This document shows, piece by piece, positions 1 through 8,904 of a stretch of DNA of 49,716 nt; within the stretch, counting starts at the first letter, position 1; each line of letters begins with the position of its first letter. A model generated the notes under the pieces. It saw nothing but the letters and a program-made list of their open reading frames with translations. It ran no database searches and was not told the DNA's origin. A program made the position numbers and the translations under genes. The stretch lies in NCBI GenBank assembly GCA_044356455.1, contig JBIKWF010000020.1, forward strand, positions 1 to 49,716. Reading direction: 5' to 3'. Origin of the DNA: Bdellovibrionota bacterium (GTDB lineage Bacteria; Bdellovibrionota_C; UBA2361; JBGSMV01).

Positions 1-1
1 G

Positions 2-1606
2 TTCGTCGGGGTAAGCTCATTCTCCTCAATGGCACGGGATTCGATTGCAGTTTCCGATCCGGCGCTCACCTACCCCGTAGCTCCTATCGCAGTCCCGGCC
101 TGCGCGCTTTTGCTTGATACAGAGGGGACCGCCTCAATTACTCATAATTACGACACGGCAGAGTTCTCTCCCGAAGCGCAATGCATACGAGATGCTACTT
201 TTACCGAAGCAAATCCTTTAGCCCCTTTTAATCCCATCGAAGGTATGGCGTCCTATGACGCTCGCGCTCATGGTATATTTCGGTCTCAGAGTTACCCAGA
301 GCGTGCAACGAAGCGTTCGCTACCTCTCCACGGAGTTCTTGGACTCCCAAGTTCGCAGACTCTTGATTTGGGGCCAAATGAAACCATTAAGCCCAAGCAA
401 CTTGTGGATGCCCTTGAAAAACTAGCAGAACAGGGCACTTCTTCTTTTTCAGTAAGCGCCACACTAGGCGACTACTTCTACCCTCTCGAGAATGGGGTAT
501 TTCCGGGTGGACTGCTTGACAACAATTACGAATTTGGCCGAGATGCCGCAACTCACCTTCGTACCATGCTGGCCGCCGACGGCGCTCTCTTCACTGATGT
601 ATTTCCGCCAGATTCGGGCGAACCCGCGATTAATTATCCGAAGCTGCGAACGGAAGCCTCTGACAAGGATAAATTCATCAAGATGGGGCCTGATGTAACC
701 CTAAGAATGAAGCAATTCCCAACCGGAAATCAGCTTTTCCCGCCCATGGTAAACCCCATGTGCGCGGACCCCGAACTACGCGCGCTACCCTTTGCCGATC
801 GAAAAGCCCTTGAAGTGTACGTCATGGTAATTTCACCCACGGAGCGTGAAGATGATGGCACTCCCTACAGATACTGCGACTACAAGGCGGTCTTTGAGGG
901 CTCAGAGCAGAATACGACTGCACCCAAGGGACTTACCAAACCCAGAATCGTTGGATTTGTGAAAGCCAGTCTCTTTGATTTTCGCCTATCTCCTCCCTAC
1001 GCGAATAGCACCGCACTTCCCAATGGAACGGGAGAAGATCCGAACGCGGGAAACCCCGCTGGGGTAATTATGAGCGGCAAGTACAAGACCTTGATGGAAA
1101 AAGGGAAGGTCTTCACAGAAGAACACAAGGAGTGGAGAGAGTGTCGCCGAGAAGCAGCTGCCTGCCCTCGCAACTCTCCGTTTCCTCCAGGTTGCCCGAA
1201 AAATTGTGGGGGCGGTCCGTCCAAACCTTCAATTCCAAATTCGATAGATTACCGAAAGATTAGCGGTAGCGACTGCTTCATTATGCCAACGTGGAAGTTA
1301 CTTGGGAACTGCATCAAAATGCCGACTGACGGGAACTACAGTGCCTGCAGAGGTGCATTTGAATCTGGCCTTACCTTGAACGGCTTTCCCCAGAAGCCTG
1401 AGGTCATTGCTTCAGGCAAATCCTGTCTCCCGCGCAAGATTCCTGGATGCACGCCCGCAGAGGATAACTCCGCGTGCTGGCTAGGATCCGAAAGGATGAA
1501 ACCACAATACGGGTGCGGTGGAATTAGAGCGAGACTTAGCTGCGAAGATGCGCGCCTTACCGCACCTGGTAGCGCAGCGGCCCGGCGGCCTATTCTCGTA
1601 AATTAG
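2..1606 (+). CDS. Large Cys-rich exported protein, possibly TadG-like pilus accessory/adhesin (5' end outside window)
   Basis: The frame is open from base 2 (FVGVSSFSSM...), so the true start is probably upstream. The C-terminal half is Cys-rich. The 'RIVGFVKASLFD' segment and the '...RPILVN' end resemble TadG-like proteins; the family call is tentative. Confidence 0.45.
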   Translation, partial: FVGVSSFSSMARDSIAVSDPALTYPVAPIAVPACALLLDTEGTASITHNYDTAEFSPEAQCIRDATFTEANPLAPFNPIEGMASYDARAHGIFRSQSYPERATKRSLPLHGVLGLPSSQTLDLGPNETIKPKQLVDALEKLAEQGTSSFSVSATLGDYFYPLENGVFPGGLLDNNYEFGRDAATHLRTMLAADGALFTDVFPPDSGEPAINYPKLRTEASDKDKFIKMGPDVTLRMKQFPTGNQLFPPMVNPMCADPELRALPFADRKALEVYVMVISPTEREDDGTPYRYCDYKAVFEGSEQNTTAPKGLTKPRIVGFVKASLFDFRLSPPYANSTALPNGTGEDPNAGNPAGVIMSGKYKTLMEKGKVFTEEHKEWRECRREAAACPRNSPFPPGCPKNCGGGPSKPSIPNSIDYRKISGSDCFIMPTWKLLGNCIKMPTDGNYSACRGAFESGLTLNGFPQKPEVIASGKSCLPRKIPGCTPAEDNSACWLGSERMKPQYGCGGIRARLSCEDARLTAPGSAAARRPILVN

Positions 1607-1792
1607 ACGCAGCGGTAGATAACCTAGGAGTGTGTCCCGAAGAAACATAAATCTTCATTTTGGACACAATCCGTAGCCGCCTTTTCACGCCGCAGTTCAA
1701 TCCCCCGAAATATGGCGAATGAAAAGGCGAGCTGAGCCCCAATTCTTGGAGATTCACGTGGAAAACTTTAGTTGCGGCGCTCTAGGGGGTTC

Positions 1793-1838
1793 GAGGTACA
1801 CAGAGGTGTATCAAGAATGGAGGTTTTTCAGAGATTCT
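1793..1838. repeat. Partial copy (one end) of the MITE-like intergenic element family
   Basis: GAGGTACACAGAGGTGTATCAAGAATGGAGGTTTTTCAGAGATTCT closely matches the reverse complement of 42336-42370 and the right end of 37535-37665. Confidence 0.7.
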
Positions 1839-1853
1839 CTGAGAGAAGAATAA

Positions 1854-1929
1854 TGGCTCCCCGGGCCGGACTCGAACCAGCGACAAGGTGGTTAACAGCC
1901 ACCTGCTCTACCAACTGAGCTACCGGGGA
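1854..1929 (-). tRNA. tRNA-Asn (anticodon GTT)
   Basis: The reverse complement is TCCCCGGTAGCTCAGTTGGTAGAGCAGGTGGCTGTTAACCACCTTGTCGCTGGTTCGAGTCCGGCCCGGGGAGCCA: a 76-nt cloverleaf with GTT anticodon, GTTCGA T-loop and encoded CCA. Confidence 0.98.
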
Positions 1930-2071
1930 ACTCGAAAAGAGCGGAGACGAATGCTTACGTTGGCCGCAAAACTAAGTCAAGAGTTGGTAACCATGGGAGA
2001 TTTTGCGCGATTTTGGGGGCAAGCGCCAACGGAGTTCACCCTCAACTTAAGAAATATCGCGACTCCTCAAT

Positions 2072-2677
2072 TTAGGCGGAAATTCGGCTACGACCCGAAA
2101 ATGCCCGGGAAAGGGTAACATCGTCGGCATATTCTAGCTCGCCGCCCTTGGGCATTCCTTGAGCTAACCTTGTGGACGGAATCCCCTGCTCTGAGACAAT
2201 CCGAGCAACGTAAAGAGCCGTCGCATCCCCTTCTACCGTTGCGCCCGTGGCAACAATTACCTCTTTGATGCCCCCCTCCAGTAAGCGCTTCCTAAGTTCA
2301 GCGATCCTCATGCTTTCAGGCCCCTGCCCCTTAAGCGGAGCCCAGAGGCCATGGAGTACGTGATAGAGCCCCTTAAAGTCTCCCAGGCGCTCAATCGCAA
2401 TCACGTCCATGGGCTTCTCGACTACACACAAGGTAGTGGTATCTCGAGCAGCATTGCTACAAATGGAACATAGGGGGGACTGCGCAAGGAAAAAGCAGCG
2501 CTCACAGAAGCCAACCTGACGCACCGCCTCCTGCATCGCCAGGGCAAGCGAATTTGCAAGATCGCGGTTCTTACTGACGAGGTGATAGGCAAGGCGCGTG
2601 GCCGATTTCTCCCCCACGGTGGGAAGTTTTGCGAGCTCAGCGATGAGCTTCATCATTGCGGGGGGGAACGTAGCCAT
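2072..2677 (-). CDS. recR: Recombination mediator RecR
   Basis: LPTVGEKSATRLAYHL HhH motif, CxxC-CxxC zinc finger, Toprim 'LCVVE..DV.AIE', and ELEYADDVTL; lies downstream of dnaX-ybaB. Confidence 0.97.
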   Translation of the reverse strand: MATFPPAMMKLIAELAKLPTVGEKSATRLAYHLVSKNRDLANSLALAMQEAVRQVGFCERCFFLAQSPLCSICSNAARDTTTLCVVEKPMDVIAIERLGDFKGLYHVLHGLWAPLKGQGPESMRIAELRKRLLEGGIKEVIVATGATVEGDATALYVARIVSEQGIPSTRLAQGMPKGGELEYADDVTLSRAFSGRSRISA

Positions 2678-2698
2678 AGCTGCAGCCTACACCAGATC

Positions 2699-3034
2699 CT
2701 AAAACAGGCCTGGAATTCCCATCCCACCAGTAACTGCACTCATCTTATTTTTAAGATTCTCAGCCACCTTGCGCAGCGCATCATTGGTCGCCGCCACAAA
2801 AAGATCCTGCAGCATCTCTAACTCAGCAGGGTTCACCACTTGAGGGTCAAGTTTCACAGAAAGAATTTCGTGCTTACCATTGGCAACCACTTTTACTACT
2901 CCGCCACCGGCACTTCCTTCGGCGGAATACTGCTCGGCCTCGGCCTGAATTTCAGCCATCTGTTGCTGCATTTTCTGCGCCTGCTTCATGAGGCCTTGAA
3001 GGTTGCCTGGCATGCCGGAAAATCCCTTACTCAT
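2699..3034 (-). CDS. ybaB: YbaB/EbfC nucleoid-associated protein
   Basis: LMKQAQKMQ...GSAGGGVVKV...EMLQDL..AATNDA motifs; canonical position between dnaX and recR. Confidence 0.96.
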   Translation of the reverse strand: MSKGFSGMPGNLQGLMKQAQKMQQQMAEIQAEAEQYSAEGSAGGGVVKVVANGKHEILSVKLDPQVVNPAELEMLQDLFVAATNDALRKVAENLKNKMSAVTGGMGIPGLF

Positions 3035-3041
3035 ATTCTAC

Positions 3042-4886
3042 TTACTCCTCTCGAATCTTGATGTTTTCAATCTGAGTCCCAGGGAACATCTTTTGCAGAC
3101 TCTTCACCTGAGGGTGGTTTGAAATATCAGCTTGCTTCTCGGCTCTCGTAAGCTGCCTCTTGGTTTCCTCTTGATGCAGCAAACTGCCGGGGGGAGGCTC
3201 GCTACTTGACCCAGCCGAAGCGCCGGATGCAGTGAGTTTGATCTGCCACGCAGCAACTCCGGTGAACTGCTTAAGGGCACCTTCCAGTTTTTTCTTACTC
3301 TCAGCTTGATTGAGGGAGGCCACGGAGAAATCTGGCCCAGCCGCATCAAGCACCCCAAGCTGCCCGCCTTCTTTGAGCGCAAAGGCCTTAAGCGTCAGGC
3401 GCTTAAGATGCTCAGCCACTATGCGGGAGCTAGTTTCCGGAGACCCGCGAACGAACTGGACCCAGTCGAGAGACTTTGCGTCTCCAAGATCTTCGGCAGC
3501 AGTCGCTGCGGAAGGAGAAGCAGCCGGCTTAACACTAGGGCGGATTATCTGAGGGGTTGAAGCTGAAGGAGCTTGACTCGCTTGGCTTTTAGGAGTGCCA
3601 ACAGGGGCCGCCTGGGAGCCGGTAGCTTGTGCAGCAGGTAGAGCATTTGCAGACCCTTGTGGAATGCCCGCCTGAGCGCCTCCCGCAGAATTTCCTGCAG
3701 ACATCTGCGCTGCAGCCACCTGACCCACAGCCACCTGCCCAGACGACACTTGATGACGCACTGCGGCGAGCACCTCAGCTACCGTAGCTACAGGCTCCTT
3801 GGTGCTCATTCTCACCACCAATGCCTCAAGCGCATATTTGGGGTAGGCACTTCTTAACGCAGCATCACAGCCCTCACGCGAGAGCTGCGCAAGATCCTGC
3901 AAATCATGCTCGCTCACCGAGCCGCCTTGGCGAACAAGCTCAACTCTATCAGCATCACTAAGACCAAGAGCCACAAGTCCTCGGTCGCCTGCAAAGCGCG
4001 CGACGAGAAGCTCCCTAAAATGGGTTGCAAATTCTCTAAGGAACAGACCTGGGTCTACTCCCTTGGTAAAAACTTCGGATACAATCTCAAGCGCGCTTCC
4101 CGCCTCTCTTGCAAGAATCGCCTGCGAGAGACGCGAGAGAATCGTCCGCTCCACGGTTCCTAAGACCATGCTAGCATTCGCCGCGGTAATAGTTCCCTCA
4201 GAGAACGAGTTTACTCTCTCAAGAAGGGACTGCGCATCGCGCATAGATCCATCACCGAGGCGCGCAATCATGCGCAGAGCTTCAGGCTCAATTACAATCT
4301 GTTCAGTTTTAACAATGCTCTGAAGCCGATCCTCAATGTCCTTTTGCCCCAGTGCCCTAAAGTCGTGCCTCTGACACCTCGAGATTACCGTTTCCGGGAT
4401 TTTATGAGCTTCCGTGGTAGCAAGGATAAAGACGGTATTGGGCGGCGGTTCTTCGAGGCTTTTAAGCAGCGCATTAAAGGCCGCGGTGCTAAACATGTGT
4501 ACTTCATCGATGATATACACCTTGTAACGGGACCCCGGTGCAGGTAGCGCGCGAAAGGACTCGATAAGATCTCGCACATTATCCACGCTATTGTGCGAGG
4601 CTCCGTCTATCTCTCTCACTGCAAGATTGGAGCCCTGGGCAATTTCTGTGCAATTACTACACTCTCCGCAAGGAGTCGGCGTCGGACCATTTTTGCAGTT
4701 AAGTGCCTTAGCAAAGATGCGCGCAATAGAAGTCTTGCCGACTCCGCGAGGCCCCGCGAAAAGGTAAGCATGCGCCACACGGTCGCGAAGAATGGAATTC
4801 GCGAGAGTGCGCGTTACTTGGGTTTGACCGCTCACATCGTCAAATGACTGCGGCCTAAATTTTCTGGCAATAACGAGATAGGACAT
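3042..4886 (-). CDS. dnaX: DNA polymerase III subunit gamma/tau
   Basis: SYLVIARKFRPQ N-terminus, Walker A GPRGVGKT, zinc Cys cluster, IIDEVHM, SRCQ sensor, and an Ala/Pro-rich linker. Confidence 0.98.
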   Translation of the reverse strand: MSYLVIARKFRPQSFDDVSGQTQVTRTLANSILRDRVAHAYLFAGPRGVGKTSIARIFAKALNCKNGPTPTPCGECSNCTEIAQGSNLAVREIDGASHNSVDNVRDLIESFRALPAPGSRYKVYIIDEVHMFSTAAFNALLKSLEEPPPNTVFILATTEAHKIPETVISRCQRHDFRALGQKDIEDRLQSIVKTEQIVIEPEALRMIARLGDGSMRDAQSLLERVNSFSEGTITAANASMVLGTVERTILSRLSQAILAREAGSALEIVSEVFTKGVDPGLFLREFATHFRELLVARFAGDRGLVALGLSDADRVELVRQGGSVSEHDLQDLAQLSREGCDAALRSAYPKYALEALVVRMSTKEPVATVAEVLAAVRHQVSSGQVAVGQVAAAQMSAGNSAGGAQAGIPQGSANALPAAQATGSQAAPVGTPKSQASQAPSASTPQIIRPSVKPAASPSAATAAEDLGDAKSLDWVQFVRGSPETSSRIVAEHLKRLTLKAFALKEGGQLGVLDAAGPDFSVASLNQAESKKKLEGALKQFTGVAAWQIKLTASGASAGSSSEPPPGSLLHQEETKRQLTRAEKQADISNHPQVKSLQKMFPGTQIENIKIREE

Positions 4887-4955
4887 GAGCCGCTAAAATC
4901 CACAATAAGAATTGTGACCCGCAATAAGAAGCGAACGAGAGGAAAAAAATATAAA

Positions 4956-5055
4956 CGGCAGCCTAGTCACGCATCGCAGCAGAGATTCGCTGCGGCTGCT
5001 CCCTTCCGGGCCTGACCGGGTTCACGATTCTACTCGCACGGACCAAGCCACCGCC
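4956..5055 (-). ncRNA. ffs: Signal recognition particle RNA (4.5S, small bacterial type)
   Basis: The reverse complement contains the domain IV signature GTCAGGCCCGGAAGGGAGCAGC inside a long hairpin with paired ends (GGCGGTGGCTTGGTC...GACTAGGCTGCCG). It sits directly upstream of dnaX, the conserved location. Confidence 0.93.
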
Positions 5056-5060
5056 CCGGG

Positions 5061-5088
5061 ACTATAGTCTGTTTCGCCGTCAGTGCAA
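5061..5088 (-). promoter_or_regulatory. Putative sigma70 promoter for ffs-dnaX-ybaB-recR
   Basis: Minus strand TTGCAC-N16-TATAGT, ending about 6 nt before the predicted ffs 5' end. Confidence 0.6.
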
Positions 5089-5208
5089 AAGCGAAGCAAA
5101 GAAAAGTAGCCAAGATTATCGCCCCCACTTGAAAGTGAGGCGAAACGCCCCAGGCTTGAGGCATTTCGCCTCTGTTCTGAGCAGGCGACAACAGCCAAAG
5201 CATAGTAA

Positions 5209-5252
5209 TATCAATTAGTTATCGCCTAGCCCGACCTGGCCCTGCCCTTGCT
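5209..5252 (+). promoter_or_regulatory. Putative IHF site plus sigma54 (-24/-12) promoter
   Basis: TATCAATTAGTTA (5209-5221) matches WATCAANNNNTTR. TGGCCC-TGCCC-TTGCT (5237-5252) has the exact GG-N10-GC spacing. Confidence 0.55.
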
Positions 5253-5325
5253 CTTATCGCTCTCCAATAACGCGGGCGCACAGCTCTTTAGACCCTGTGC
5301 CGAGTCGCTCATGGAGAGGTAATTC

Positions 5326-5694
5326 ATGGAACTTTCATCAGCACTTTTTACTCGGGTAGCTTCGGGAATCTCACGAGGACAAGCGGTATGGGCGCTGCTT
5401 ACCCTCAATGAATACGAGGTCGACTCTCACCTACGTACGGCTCTTGTGTCACGAGCGAGCGCAGCCCTCTCTACCGCTCCCATCTCCTGCCAGCTTAGAA
5501 CAGCACTCACCTCAGGAAAGCGTCTCAGTCAGTTCTCAAAAAAGCAGCAAGAGGAATTAAAGAGCTTAATGCATCTGCACAGACCAACGCTCAGTACGGT
5601 CAAGCGCTTTATCCCTTCGCCTGCAGTGAATGCCGCACTAGTAAGGAACCGCACGACCGCAGTCCGTCACGCACTCGTGGCGCATTCCGGTTAG
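5326..5694 (+). CDS. Hypothetical protein (basic, 122 aa)
   Basis: Strong RBS (GGAGAGGT) 5 nt before the ATG; fills the intergenic space; no recognisable family. Confidence 0.6.
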   Translation: MELSSALFTRVASGISRGQAVWALLTLNEYEVDSHLRTALVSRASAALSTAPISCQLRTALTSGKRLSQFSKKQQEELKSLMHLHRPTLSTVKRFIPSPAVNAALVRNRTTAVRHALVAHSG

Positions 5695-5715
5695 AGGACT
5701 TATAAAAGCCTCTCT

Positions 5716-5743
5716 CTTAGTGGTCTCTGTGGTCTTAGTGGTT
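5716..5743. repeat. 9-bp periodic intergenic repeat remnant
   Basis: CTTAGTGGT CTCTGTGGT CTTAGTGGT between convergent genes; same periodic style as the other intergenic elements. Confidence 0.5.
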
Positions 5744-5800
5744 GTCCTAAACACCATTAACAAGAAGAGGGGAAGATGCCGTTAGCCCCTGACCAATTTT

Positions 5801-7600
5801 CTAGTCTTCCTGCCCCGTCATGCGCCGCAGCTCTATAGCTCTGTCATACGCCTGTGTAAGCTGAATAAAGCGATCCGAAGCGAGCCCCTGGTTCTCTTTG
5901 AGTCTGTCAGGATGAATATGTTTTACCAGAGATCGATATGCAGTTTTTATCTCCTTAAGAGTTGCTGCCGGCTCAAGCCCAAGCACGTTGAGACACTCTT
6001 GATACTCCGCAATACGCGGATCCGAGGGCTTTTGTATTCCATTATGCGTAAAGGATTTTCCGCCATTTCTATCATAGGCGCTGCTTGAGGAATCAGCGTC
6101 CTCGCGGACCTGGCCGGTGCTGGAAGATCGCACATGCGCACCCGAGCTGCGGCTGGCTCTTTGCAAGCGGAATGCTCTCAATCGTTTAAGCTCGATGAGC
6201 AGAAACCAGATGGTATAGACGGTAGGCACTACGATACAGAGAAAGGCAACGAGCCGACTAACATAGAGGCCGGCAAGACCGAGCCGGACACGATCATAGA
6301 GCGGAATTCCCGTGCGCACGCCCGAGAGCGTGGCTAAAGCATCATCTCGGCTTCCAAGCCTAAGCTCACCGAGCGCGAGCTCTACCCGAATATCGTCATT
6401 GGCCGGATAAGGGTCGGGCCGGAATTTGAGCATACGCTGTAAGACAATATTTCCTCTGCTCACGTCATTTGACTGCAAGGCAAAATCGAACTGACGCGCA
6501 AGCAGCTCCTCATAGCGTCGCCGTATTCCAACATCTCGAAGGGCGAGTGCCGTGAGAAGCTGCTCGGCTTCACCATCTCGAAGGAGTTCCGTTTCATTCG
6601 CCGGCACTGCCGTCAAGGCACGTGTCACAAGATCATGCGTTCGAGGCGTACGGCGTGTAGGGTCAGTGTGCGAGAGCACAAGTAGGGCTCGCGCTGGCGC
6701 CCCCTCAGTTAGAAAATGTTCCGCTGCAGCATGCAATTTTTCAGCAACGACGGGATAGAGGATGCGCGAGGAAACCGCATCTCTCCTCGCCGCTTCTACA
6801 AGCGGATAAAGTGCTTCTGCGGGATCTCCGAGTTGATGGCCATAGGCCTGAACAAGGCGCTGCGTCAAAACTCGGATCGAGAGATAGAACTCATGATCGT
6901 CGCCCAACGCATCTCGCACTACTCCCGGAATGGATTGCACTTCCTCGACGGAGTTCGCCGAGACCGCCTTGCTTAGCCTATCAAGAACATAGCCACGAAA
7001 AGACTCTGAAAAGGTGAAGACCCAGCGCAGCGCATTGGCCCTAAGCCACGCACCATCTGCCTTTCCAATCGTGAATAGCACGATTGCCACAAGCTCGGGG
7101 CGCGCTCGGAACTCGGAGAAGGCCTCGCCGTTGGAGCGGATCTCCAGGAGTGCTTGCTTAAAAGAATCAGCTGCGCCCGCAAACCCTGAAATACGCTCAA
7201 GCACGTCAACTGCGCCAAGAACATCCAGCCGAGGAGAAGAGAGGTAGGTGGGCAAGGCGGCTGCCGCATAAGAAATTTTTCCGGCCGCGAGACACCTCTC
7301 GATAAACATACCTAAGAGATCGGAGTCCACCGAGCGCCCACGCCCCTCTGGAGTGAAGTACAAATCAACAATCGCGTCATTCACTTCATCTTTGGGTACT
7401 AGCATCTCGTGGTTCTCAACCGTAACCTTGACAAGATTGCTTTCGACGGGCGCAATTCCTTCTAGGCGAAAGGCAAGTCCCTCAATGGTCACTGACTCGG
7501 CACACGCTTCCCGTATTCCCCCGAGGAGGGAGGCACAGAGTATAACTAGCGCTAGAATCCTTCCCGGCGTGTGCTGCCGTGAAGTGCTGACTGCATCCAA
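5801..7600 (-). CDS. Membrane protein with large N-terminal helical domain and C-terminal DnaJ (J) domain
   Basis: N-terminal hydrophobic signal segment, a TM segment near residue 450 (LVAFLCIVVPTVYTIWFLLI), and a C-terminal 'VLGL...EIKTAYRSLVKHIHPD...F..L..AY' J-domain with HPD. Confidence 0.8.
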   Translation of the reverse strand: MDAVSTSRQHTPGRILALVILCASLLGGIREACAESVTIEGLAFRLEGIAPVESNLVKVTVENHEMLVPKDEVNDAIVDLYFTPEGRGRSVDSDLLGMFIERCLAAGKISYAAAALPTYLSSPRLDVLGAVDVLERISGFAGAADSFKQALLEIRSNGEAFSEFRARPELVAIVLFTIGKADGAWLRANALRWVFTFSESFRGYVLDRLSKAVSANSVEEVQSIPGVVRDALGDDHEFYLSIRVLTQRLVQAYGHQLGDPAEALYPLVEAARRDAVSSRILYPVVAEKLHAAAEHFLTEGAPARALLVLSHTDPTRRTPRTHDLVTRALTAVPANETELLRDGEAEQLLTALALRDVGIRRRYEELLARQFDFALQSNDVSRGNIVLQRMLKFRPDPYPANDDIRVELALGELRLGSRDDALATLSGVRTGIPLYDRVRLGLAGLYVSRLVAFLCIVVPTVYTIWFLLIELKRLRAFRLQRASRSSGAHVRSSSTGQVREDADSSSSAYDRNGGKSFTHNGIQKPSDPRIAEYQECLNVLGLEPAATLKEIKTAYRSLVKHIHPDRLKENQGLASDRFIQLTQAYDRAIELRRMTGQED

Positions 7601-7774
7601 TGAAGTGAGCCCTTTTTATCGTGCGTGAGGGACGCAATGCCTGCCGCGCCCTACAAAGGTCAGAAATTCCTAACCTTGCTTATTGAACGTCGGCGCAACG
7701 AAGGGAGAGCTAAACCCCTGATCTTAAAACAAAACAGGGTTAGCAAAAAAAACGGTTCCAACCTTTTCCTCGGC

Positions 7775-8806
7775 CTATTTCGGAGGCAAGATGCCGAAAA
7801 GATTGAGGGCGAGAGTAGGCTCTTGAGCATTGTCGGTTACTACCTCAAGGGCAGCGCGTAAGTCCCGAGAAACCTTAGCGGGATCGACAGAGACGCGTAT
7901 GACGTAATTCTTGCCCGGCTGAACTTCCTTGAAGGATGCGGTAACTGCGGGGTTGTTACTGCGAACTTCCTTCACTTGCACTGGCTGAGGCCCTCGGTTC
8001 TCAAATTTCACCGAGCGCACAAGCACCTCTTTGCCCTCAATTACACCAAAAGAGAGCTGGGAAGGCTGGAGAGCAAGCTGTCCTTGCACTGACGCAAAGA
8101 CAGGCACATTAATCGTGGATTCATTGGGGCCAGAAAGCCCCACAATAATCCTGTCGCGCACCTCACCAAGAGGAACTGAAGGATCGATGGAAACCTCAAG
8201 CACCCGGCGACGTGGGGACGATTCCTTTTCCCGCACCTGAATACTCGGGGAGAAACTCTTTATTCCCGTAATCGTAGTGGAGGCTCCCTCGCGCACTGAG
8301 ATGGTAACGGTTTTTGTGCTTGAATTCCCCTGCACTCCCCGCACCACATTCTCAAAGAATACACTCTGAGGATCTACCATCACATCGGGCTGAACCGTCC
8401 CCTTGAGGGAAAGCACGAGCGAGAGATTGCTTACATCATTGGTATTAACCCGAACCGTCTTAAATTTCTCCCCTGAGAAGCCGGCCGTATCAAACTTCAC
8501 CTGCACCTTTCCTTCGGCCCCGGGTTTAATGGGATCAGGAGAAGCCTGAGCGGCGGTACAACCACAGGCGGGAATTATGCGCTGGATTACGAGATCCGCG
8601 GTCCCTGTATTTTTAATAACAAAGTCGTGTGCGACGACAGCACCCTGACTTACCGTGCCAAAGTTAAAGATTTTTTCTTTCACCGCAGCCTGAGGAACAC
8701 CTTCGCCGAAGGCAGCTACGGGACTAAGAAGACAGGCCAACACAAGGGGCACCAGCACAAGAGGCAAGAGCGAGGCGCTTATTTTCCATTTTGCTAAAAG
8801 CCGCAT
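7775..8806 (-). CDS. Exported DUF1573 / Ig-like repeat protein
   Basis: Signal peptide; 'FNFGTV...HDFVIKNTG..DLVI..IIPACGCT...PIKPG' DUF1573 pattern; three tandem Ig-like modules. Confidence 0.8.
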   Translation of the reverse strand: MRLLAKWKISASLLPLVLVPLVLACLLSPVAAFGEGVPQAAVKEKIFNFGTVSQGAVVAHDFVIKNTGTADLVIQRIIPACGCTAAQASPDPIKPGAEGKVQVKFDTAGFSGEKFKTVRVNTNDVSNLSLVLSLKGTVQPDVMVDPQSVFFENVVRGVQGNSSTKTVTISVREGASTTITGIKSFSPSIQVREKESSPRRRVLEVSIDPSVPLGEVRDRIIVGLSGPNESTINVPVFASVQGQLALQPSQLSFGVIEGKEVLVRSVKFENRGPQPVQVKEVRSNNPAVTASFKEVQPGKNYVIRVSVDPAKVSRDLRAALEVVTDNAQEPTLALNLFGILPPK

Positions 8807-8904
8807 AAACCCACCTATTTTGCCTGACCATGCTCACTACCAAGAGCGAGTTCAGAATGAACATCCCCAGATAGGCTCTCGACGACTCGCGGAAGCGACT
8901 CGAC

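Noticed and set aside
1..1929. Integrative element at tRNA-Asn
   Set aside because: No integrase and no duplicated tRNA 3' end seen within the window; cannot be excluded beyond the left edge.
1888..2118. 76-aa plus-strand ORF
   Set aside because: It overlaps tRNA-Asn and recR on the opposite strand.
3042..4886. Programmed -1 frameshift in dnaX (gamma subunit)
   Set aside because: No A AAA AAG slippery heptamer or long A-run found on the coding strand.
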